In this document: piece after piece, positions 24,692 to 30,061 of the stretch | How the letters are laid out: each line of letters begins with the position of its first letter | Numbering within the stretch: position 1 is the stretch's first letter | IMG/VR virus record: IMGVR_UViG_3300014914_000026 | Coordinates: 1 to 30,061 of that record | Direction: 5' to 3' (one strand) | Length of the DNA: 30,061 bases | Translations under genes and position numbers: made by a program | Notes under the pieces: model-generated | Databases searched by the model: none | What the model was told of the DNA's origin: nothing | Seen by the model: only the letters and a program-made list of their open reading frames with translations

Positions 24692-24952
24692 CTATTCCTC
24701 CTTTGATTTTATTCCTTTTTTGAGGCAATGGTATTCTTGTAGTAGTCTGTTGTATCTTTTGTTCCAGTAGTCGAGTGTTTCATTTATCTCTCTTATTAGG
24801 CTCTCTATGTCATCTATGCTTATAAAGTGAGTGTTTACTTCTCCGTATGTTATAAGGTATTCGTTTAGACATTCGTCGCAGAGGGGGTCTATGTGAGTTA
24901 TGTCGAGAACTAACCATTTTGCTTGTTTTTGATGACAGTTTGAGCATAGCAT
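24692..24952 (-). CDS. Zn-finger + coiled-coil protein
   Basis: CSNC...CDEC followed by heptads; GGAGG RBS. Confidence 0.7.
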   Translation of the reverse strand: MLCSNCHQKQAKWLVLDITHIDPLCDECLNEYLITYGEVNTHFISIDDIESLIREINETLDYWNKRYNRLLQEYHCLKKGIKSKEE

Positions 24953-24955
24953 TTT

Positions 24956-25126
24956 TTATTCCTCCAGTTCATCTTTATGCCTCTCAAGGTATTCTTTTAG
25001 AGCCTCTGTTATAACGATGTGTAGCTTCTTTGTTGGTGATATATATCGCTTTTTGATGAGTTCCCATAGCTTAACGTAGATGTCGTAGGGGATGGGGACA
25101 TGGATTTTAATCTTCCTTTCTTTCAT
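24956..25126 (-). CDS. Ribbon-helix-helix protein (56 aa, not in ORF track)
   Basis: KIHVPIPYDIYVKLWELIKKR...LHIVITEALKEYLE; promoter taaggcttataaa at 25158-25170. Confidence 0.7.
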   Translation of the reverse strand: MKERKIKIHVPIPYDIYVKLWELIKKRYISPTKKLHIVITEALKEYLERHKDELEE

Positions 25127-25153
25127 CTCGCATCGTTGTATTATAGTGGTTTT

Positions 25154-25170
25154 GGGGTTTATAAGCCTTA
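25154..25170 (-). promoter_or_regulatory. BRE/TATA promoter
   Basis: taaggCTTATAAAcccc, same AAGGCTTA core as the ITR promoter, about 30 nt upstream of ATG 25126. Confidence 0.6.
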
Positions 25171-25237
25171 TGTTGATGGGGGCTTTTGAGCTTGGGGGGG
25201 AAAAGCCATATATTGGAGTCCGCCTAAGAAATTATCG

Positions 25238-25816
25238 ATGAGCATAGAGAAGGCGAAGATGGATGTCATTGACTTCCTCATATCAGCTCTTAGGGATTCT
25301 ATTGAAGAGTTAAATAACGCTATAGGGAGACTCGAAGATATGATAGAGAAAACCAAACCCCAAAATAGGACTAGTCCTTCTCCCGAAACTCCTCAGCCGA
25401 TGTCTGGGCGTAATATCGAAGAGAAGATGACTGAGACCAGAACCGAGGAGGCTGAGGAGCGGGAAGAGATCATCCCTCCCGAAACCTCCCAACCAAGGAT
25501 TAGTCCTCTTGCGGAGGAGCCTATGACTGAGACAAGGCATTATGAGGTTGGGGGGCGGGAGAGGGATTATTGGGAGTGTGAGGAGAAGATGATCCTGTTT
25601 AGAGTTTTGGATTACATTAATAAGAACCAGTTTGCTTCTATCTCTGATATAACAAGAAACTTCTTTGATTTGAATAGGAATTGGTTGGCTGGTTTTTTGA
25701 GTGGTTTGTATGCTTGTGGGCTTGTTGCTTTGAGAGGGACTGCCACTCATAAGTTGTATTCTTTGACTTTGGAGGGAATTGATTATTTAAAGAGGATGAA
25801 GGGGGTGGAAGATTGA
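25238..25816 (+). CDS. Coiled-coil + repeated linker + C-terminal wHTH protein
   Basis: N-terminal heptads; two PET.QP...MTETR units; ASISDITR...WLAGFLSGL...GLV......KLYSLT.EG. Confidence 0.7.
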   Translation: MSIEKAKMDVIDFLISALRDSIEELNNAIGRLEDMIEKTKPQNRTSPSPETPQPMSGRNIEEKMTETRTEEAEEREEIIPPETSQPRISPLAEEPMTETRHYEVGGRERDYWECEEKMILFRVLDYINKNQFASISDITRNFFDLNRNWLAGFLSGLYACGLVALRGTATHKLYSLTLEGIDYLKRMKGVED

Positions 25817-25923
25817 GAGGAGTCTTATTTTGGCTTTTTTTGGATGCCATTTTGATTTTGCTTATGATTTATTTAATTTGTAGCTTATTTAGAAGAGGTA
25901 AGTTTAAGTAAGGGTGGTTTTTT

Positions 25924-26178
25924 ATGGGTAGCATGTATTTTAATGTTAAAAGGAGGAGTATCTTGATTTTTGATGAGAAGACTGGGCGTTTACAATTTTT
26001 AAGGGGTGTTTTAAAGAGTGCTGAGAGGGATGAGTGTATAATTAGGGTTGTTTTGGAGCTTTATTTTATTGATGAGGAAGCAAGTAAGAAGGCTCTTGAA
26101 TATTTGAAGAGGAATCTTGAGAAGTGGTGTGGGGTTTCCCTAAGACCTCCTGAAGCCACCTCTCATAATTCTGAATGA
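25924..26178 (+). CDS. Hypothetical protein
   Basis: 84-aa ORF with GGGTGG RBS. Confidence 0.55.
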   Translation: MGSMYFNVKRRSILIFDEKTGRLQFLRGVLKSAERDECIIRVVLELYFIDEEASKKALEYLKRNLEKWCGVSLRPPEATSHNSE

Positions 26179-26344
26179 CTTTATCCGCTTCTTTTAGTAG
26201 GTCTATGTATAGGGGGTTGGGTGCTTTACATTGAGGACACTTTATTAGTCTTCTGGAATAGACAGCCCTACATCTGGGACATGCTATGAGGTAGAGTAGT
26301 TCCCATGCGGTTTTGAACTCCTCGTTGTCTGAAATCGTCTTCAT
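26066..26344 (-). CDS. Zn-ribbon protein
   Basis: CPRC...CPQC; TATATATA upstream; overlaps the convergent ORF. Confidence 0.6.
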   Translation of the reverse strand: MKTISDNEEFKTAWELLYLIACPRCRAVYSRRLIKCPQCKAPNPLYIDLLKEADKVIQNYERWLQEVLGKPHTTSQDSSSNIQEPSYLLPHQ

Positions 26345-26390
26345 TTTTCCATGTCTGGTTAATGATCACTTTGTATATATATGTTTCTAT

Positions 26391-27008
26391 TTAGAGTTGA
26401 AAGGGTGCTAAGGCGTATATTCTGGTTCTTCTCCCACCCTTATGGGAGCTTGGTTTTGTTCTGACCAGTCGGACTAATTTCTTTTCGATTAGTTGATGAA
26501 TGATTCGATGGGCTGTTGAGTAGGGAATTCCAGTTTTATTGGAAATGTCCTCAATTGAGGCTTCTTTAAGCTCTATGAGGGTTTTTATAACTTTTCTAAT
26601 GTTTGGCCTGAAGAGGAGTTTGAAGACATAGGCTATGTCGCTTGGAGAGTATTTTTCAAAAATTAATAATAGGGTTGAGATTAGAGTTGGGTCGATTGGA
26701 CTGTATATGACATAGTTTTGTGGTTGCTCTCTGACATTTTTTATTGTCAGTTCAGTTGGGTAGTATTTATACTTCTCTCTATGACCAATTATGATTTTTT
26801 CTCTCCATAGTTCACCTTTCTCAACAAGGTAGTTTAGGACTCCTGAAAGTGTTGATTTGGTTACTCTGATTTTATTAATTTTTAATGCTGTCAGTATTTC
26901 GTTGAAGGTGCGTCCTTCCTTTCCCCAGTCTGAGGTCATTAAAGTTCTTATGGCATCTGATACTGTATTATTTGGAGAAATAATGGGGTATATGTTTTGT
27001 TCCTCCAT
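26391..27008 (-). CDS. Tandem double-wHTH transcription regulator
   Basis: RTFNEI...KSTLSGVLNYLVEKGEL and ASIEDISNKTGIPYSTAHRIIHQLIEKKLV...GGRRTRIY. Confidence 0.8.
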   Translation of the reverse strand: MEEQNIYPIISPNNTVSDAIRTLMTSDWGKEGRTFNEILTALKINKIRVTKSTLSGVLNYLVEKGELWREKIIIGHREKYKYYPTELTIKNVREQPQNYVIYSPIDPTLISTLLLIFEKYSPSDIAYVFKLLFRPNIRKVIKTLIELKEASIEDISNKTGIPYSTAHRIIHQLIEKKLVRLVRTKPSSHKGGRRTRIYALAPFQL

Positions 27009-27011
27009 GTT

Positions 27012-27221
27012 TTACACCTTGTAGAATTTTCCGTCTTTCTCTTCTACTAAGCCAGCTAATCTGAATTGCTTTATGTATTCTTTGACTCTCCTTGGAGACA
27101 GCCCTATCTTCCATCCTGCGAGTGCTTCCAGTTTCTCCAGGGTGATTCCGTCTTTAGGTATGAGGTCTAAGAGCATCCGCATATACACCTGTCTTATCCG
27201 TGCTCCTCCCTTGGCGGACAT
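27012..27221 (-). CDS. Small wHTH protein
   Basis: Start reassigned to MSAKGG; GLSPRRVKEYIKQFRLAGLVEEKDGKFY; TATA-like TTTATATA about 30 nt upstream. Confidence 0.7.
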   Translation of the reverse strand: MSAKGGARIRQVYMRMLLDLIPKDGITLEKLEALAGWKIGLSPRRVKEYIKQFRLAGLVEEKDGKFYKV

Positions 27222-27285
27222 CCCATGAGTTGTGGGGGAGTGAGAGTATATAAATGTAACTGTGAGTGTGTGTAAGAGTCCCCTG

Positions 27286-27346
27286 TATAATATATTATAT
27301 ACCCAAGTTTTGTAATACAATAAAAGGTTATTGTAATACAAAACTT
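27286..27346. promoter_or_regulatory. AT-rich palindromic element (operator or replication-site candidate)
   Basis: Palindrome TATAATATATTATA (27286-27299); 18-bp inverted repeat 27305-27322/27329-27346 (17/18) containing two TTGTAATACAA boxes 21 bp apart. Confidence 0.6.
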
Positions 27347-27391
27347 CGTTCATTCAAATTTATGGGGGGACACTTATACACATATTCATAC

Positions 27392-27856
27392 TTATACACA
27401 CTTTCTCGCAATTCTGTAGGTCTCCAAGTCGTCGATTATAAGCTTCACACCATGATTGTTTAACCATTTGACAACTCTTAAAGATACTTCATGGGTGAGT
27501 TTCTTATCTTTTATTTCTTTATTCACTTCGTGAACTATTGTAGTCCATCTTACTCTCTTTTCAGGTATTCCTCTCCAATATGTAACTTTGACTTTCTTTA
27601 ATAATCTCTTCCCAATTTGAGCTATAAGGACTCTTAAGCCTCTCCTGTTCCAATCAATATATTCAACTAAAGATGTCTGCTCCTTAAACAACCCATGATT
27701 CTTTAGAAATTCTCTTATGGCTTTTAGAATTACATCTGTTCTACTGGTTTTATTAAGTTCAGCATAGTAATCCAAAGCAGAGATAAGATACAATTCTTCC
27801 AAAGGGACTTTAAATGTTATAACTCTCCAGCTATCATATTTCCTTGGGCGAGGCAT
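27392..27856 (-). CDS. RHH-domain regulator with extra C-terminal domain
   Basis: VITFKVPLEELYLISALDYYAELNKTSRTDVILKAIREFL; GAGGTGA RBS. Confidence 0.8.
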   Translation of the reverse strand: MPRPRKYDSWRVITFKVPLEELYLISALDYYAELNKTSRTDVILKAIREFLKNHGLFKEQTSLVEYIDWNRRGLRVLIAQIGKRLLKKVKVTYWRGIPEKRVRWTTIVHEVNKEIKDKKLTHEVSLRVVKWLNNHGVKLIIDDLETYRIARKCV

Positions 27857-27861
27857 CTATT

Positions 27862-27978
27862 CCTCACCTCTTCCTCCACTAAGCTAATCAGAACAAAGCC
27901 CTTATAAAAGTTTAGAGGGGCTAGGGAGGAAGAGGTGAGGGAGATCGGATTTCCTATACTTTTACTAGCCCCTCTAAA
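27862..27978. repeat. Two interleaved perfect inverted repeats (16 bp and 14 bp)
   Basis: cctcacctcttcctcc 27862-27877 / ggaggaagaggtgagg 27925-27940; tttagaggggctag 27911-27924 / ctagcccctctaaa 27965-27978. Confidence 0.9.
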
Positions 27979-28080
27979 TTGACATCTGTAGTGATGAATA
28001 TAAATGTTACTCAAAGAAGGTGTCATAAGCCTTAAATACATCCTATCGGGAGAATAGAACGAATGGAGGTGTAGAGATAT

Positions 28081-28251
28081 ATGCCATGCCCCTTCATGCT
28101 TATCTGTAAACAAAAGGTGGATTTTGAGAAATACCGCAAATATTGTAGCTCTATGACAGGAAAATATAGATTATGCCCCGAATATGAAAAACTATCATCT
28201 GAATATAAAACACCAAGGGAATGGAATGAGCTAATCAGCGGGAGGGAGTAA
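28081..28251 (+). CDS. Small 4-Cys protein (56 aa, not in ORF track)
   Basis: MPCPFMLICKQKVDFEKYRKYCSSMTGKYRLCPEYEKLSSEYKTPREWNELISGRE; GGAGGTG RBS; cttaaata TATA at ~28031; T-run after the stop. Confidence 0.7.
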   Translation: MPCPFMLICKQKVDFEKYRKYCSSMTGKYRLCPEYEKLSSEYKTPREWNELISGRE

Positions 28252-28343
28252 CCCGCCACTTCCCTTTTTTTAGAGAGGTGTTAGGGGCTATAGGCGTAAG
28301 ACTTATATATGTGCTGTTCCCTAACACCTATTGGGTGATAAAA

Positions 28344-28766
28344 GTGGAAGAAGTGGTTGAGGCTCTTCCCCGACATTATGCTGTTTTGAGGAATAGGGTA
28401 ATAGAATCCCTAAATGAGGCCATAGAATCCCTAACACAGATAGACGCAGAGATGGAAAAGATAAACAAGCAAATTGAGGACTTGTCCTCCAACATCCGCT
28501 ACGGCTACCTCGAATACAAGTGGGTTCTAAACAAGATAAAGCAGAAGTATTGGTATTGGTATCTCAGAAAGAGGGAAAACGGAAAGCTAAGGAGCATCTA
28601 TATCGGCAAACACATCCCAAAACACCTAATAGAAGGAATAAACAACAGGAGACAACTAGAATCACTAGCAAAAAGGCTTGAAGAACTCGACGAAGAAAAA
28701 GAAAGAAAAATCCAGCATATATACAACGCTATAAGGGAGCTTCAAAAAGCTTCCATCACCCTCTAA
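28344..28766 (+). CDS. Coiled-coil protein with a three-stranded DNA-binding-like module
   Basis: GYLEYKWV...YWYWYLRKRENGKLRSIYIGK flanked by heptads; start reassigned to GTG 28344 (GGGTGA RBS, TATA at ~28303). Confidence 0.65.
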   Translation: MEEVVEALPRHYAVLRNRVIESLNEAIESLTQIDAEMEKINKQIEDLSSNIRYGYLEYKWVLNKIKQKYWYWYLRKRENGKLRSIYIGKHIPKHLIEGINNRRQLESLAKRLEELDEEKERKIQHIYNAIRELQKASITL

Positions 28767-28842
28767 TTTTTTAAACTCTCTTCTCTCAACCACAAAAAAT
28801 ATAAATAATTTCTCAAAAAACATTCAAGGGGTGGAAAAGGGG

Positions 28843-29085
28843 ATGTCCTATAACCTGGTTCCCGTAGATGGAATACCCAAGAGAAGAGTTCAGCGGAGAA
28901 GCAAGTATGACGACATCATCGACGACTTCCTAAACCAGAACCTAAAGTATGCCAGACTTGACATCGATGCCACCAACCTTGATTATATCAGAACACAGAT
29001 ATACAAGCGAATCAAGGCGAGAGGTCTAACCGACCACATTAAGATAGTTAGGAGAGGTAGTAACCTCTATCTGGTAAGACTTTAA
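28843..29085 (+). CDS. Small basic hypothetical protein (possible DNA binding)
   Basis: RSKYDDIIDDFL...YIRTQIYKRIKARGL...LYLVR; followed by a T-run. Confidence 0.65.
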   Translation: MSYNLVPVDGIPKRRVQRRSKYDDIIDDFLNQNLKYARLDIDATNLDYIRTQIYKRIKARGLTDHIKIVRRGSNLYLVRL

Positions 29086-29100
29086 AATCCCCAATTTTTT

Positions 29101-29412
29101 TTATGAAAAGAAGGGAAGTATATCTTCAGATAAATCTATCTCCAGGATTTTAATTAGCGGTATTATCATCCCCTCTCTTCTACCGAATTCATAGGCTGTT
29201 TTGATGATCCTGCCAGCATTAGCCTCCCCTATCACAGACAGCAACACTCCCTTATCAGTCTCTATGAATACCCAGCAACTAAGAATTCTCTGAGACAATA
29301 TAAATCTCTCATTCTCCTCGCTAAAGACTTTCTCGCCATCACTATGCCTAAAAGCCAAAATATACTCAACCAACTCTCTTACCTTCTCCTTTAAACTCTC
29401 TTCTGACATCAA
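29101..29412 (-). CDS. Hypothetical protein
   Basis: 103 aa; GGAGGTG RBS; coupled to the upstream gene. Confidence 0.65.
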   Translation of the reverse strand: MMSEESLKEKVRELVEYILAFRHSDGEKVFSEENERFILSQRILSCWVFIETDKGVLLSVIGEANAGRIIKTAYEFGRREGMIIPLIKILEIDLSEDILPFFS

Positions 29413-29774
29413 AGCACCTCCGCTAGTTCATCCACTATCCAGTATCCCTCAAACACTTTGAAATCCTCCTTTTTCAGTTTTTCTACAATATTCTCAAACA
29501 ATGATTTGATCTCATTCTGCTTCTTCTCGTCTGAATCGATAAAAATTCTTTGACCTAAATCTCTTTTCCACATTACTATGCTATCAGGAAAACCATCGTA
29601 TGTAGTATCCATAATTCCTGTAACTATCAGGAACTTATGTCCAATATAATGTCTATGTTCACCCTCTCCGTATGGAACACCCATGTTTATTATGCTTACA
29701 CCTACTGGATAGAACTTCTTAGCCAGCTTTATGAAATCCTCAAGTTTAAGAACTCTAAATACTGGCTGAATCAT
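29409..29774 (-). CDS. Hypothetical protein
   Basis: 121 aa; GAGGTGGGAGG RBS. Confidence 0.7.
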   Translation of the reverse strand: MIQPVFRVLKLEDFIKLAKKFYPVGVSIINMGVPYGEGEHRHYIGHKFLIVTGIMDTTYDGFPDSIVMWKRDLGQRIFIDSDEKKQNEIKSLFENIVEKLKKEDFKVFEGYWIVDELAEVL

Positions 29775-29929
29775 CCTCCCACCTCTTCACAGCCTTCAAT
29801 TAAATAATGGTAGTATATTGTTATATCATTTTTCTTCTCATCTTTCAGCATCTTCATTAAAGTTTTTACGATCCTACGGTATGGTAGTGGTCTATCGCTA
29901 GTTATATTAATTTCAAGCCTATATGCCAT
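29771..29929 (-). CDS. Small hypothetical protein (52 aa, not in ORF track), first gene from the right ITR promoter
   Basis: MAYRLEINITSDRPLPYRRIVKTLMKMLKDEKKNDITIYYHYLIEGCEEVGG; ATG 133 nt from the right end; ATGA overlap with the next gene. Confidence 0.65.
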   Translation of the reverse strand: MAYRLEINITSDRPLPYRRIVKTLMKMLKDEKKNDITIYYHYLIEGCEEVGG

Positions 29930-29938
29930 GTCTATCCC

Positions 29939-30061
29939 CGAAAAAATTTTGTGTTGTTTGGTGTATTTAAGCCTTTTGGTGTTGGGTGCTTATGGCTTTG
30001 TGGGAAAAAGGCTTAGTATTCTGTCTATGGCTCCGAGTATTTTGAGGCATTCTGATCCGCT
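29939..30061. repeat. Right inverted terminal repeat (123 bp)
   Basis: Exact reverse complement of 1-123. Confidence 0.97.

Larger units (their letters stand above)
1..30061. mobile_element. Linear dsDNA genome of a rudivirus-like filamentous archaeal virus (Adnaviria)
   Basis: ITRs, SIRV2-type MCP, GT4 pair, Hjc, archaeal promoters/RBS and archaeal-type tRNA. Confidence 0.88.

Noticed and set aside
25812-25912. Possible short TM peptide (IERSLILAFLDAILILLMIYLICSLFRRGKFK)
   Set aside because: No convincing canonical start at a suitable distance from the RBS-like sequence; cannot support.
27222-27353. N-terminal extension of ORF 27012-27353
   Set aside because: Runs through the AT-rich palindromic intergenic element; a TATA and better start lie at 27221.
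28344-28766. Possible integrase fragment
   Set aside because: Only a short YWYL...GK..S.YIGK beta module is shared with integrase N-terminal domains; no catalytic R-H-R-Y domain.
1-30061. Mini-CRISPR array
   Set aside because: No 25-40-bp direct repeats with regular spacers seen in any intergenic region.

Overview
This window looks like an essentially complete ~30 kb linear genome of a filamentous/rod-shaped archaeal virus (realm Adnaviria, rudivirus-like). It is bounded by perfect 123-bp inverted terminal repeats and encodes one SIRV2-type major capsid protein, two GT4 glycosyltransferases, an Hjc-type resolvase, a 1524-aa putative terminal-fibre protein, FkbM and AlkP/sulfatase-fold enzymes, and many small wHTH, RHH and Zn-finger proteins. 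I recognise no polymerase, primase, helicase or Rep. Unusual elements: (i) a 25-nt arm in the capsid 3'UTR complementary to capsid codons 9-17; (ii) interleaved 14- and 16-bp inverted repeats with pseudoknot topology covering the RBS of an RHH gene; (iii) a tRNA-Lys(UUU) embedded in the left operon; (iv) a stand-alone Spo11/TopoVIA-like (Mini-A-like) gene beside the capsid gene; (v) a block of tailed-phage-like fibre genes sharing a short motif, next to a transglutaminase-like protease and small membrane proteins; (vi) a strand-skew switch at a palindromic AT-rich site near 27.3 kb. All family assignments come from visual motif recognition, not database searches.
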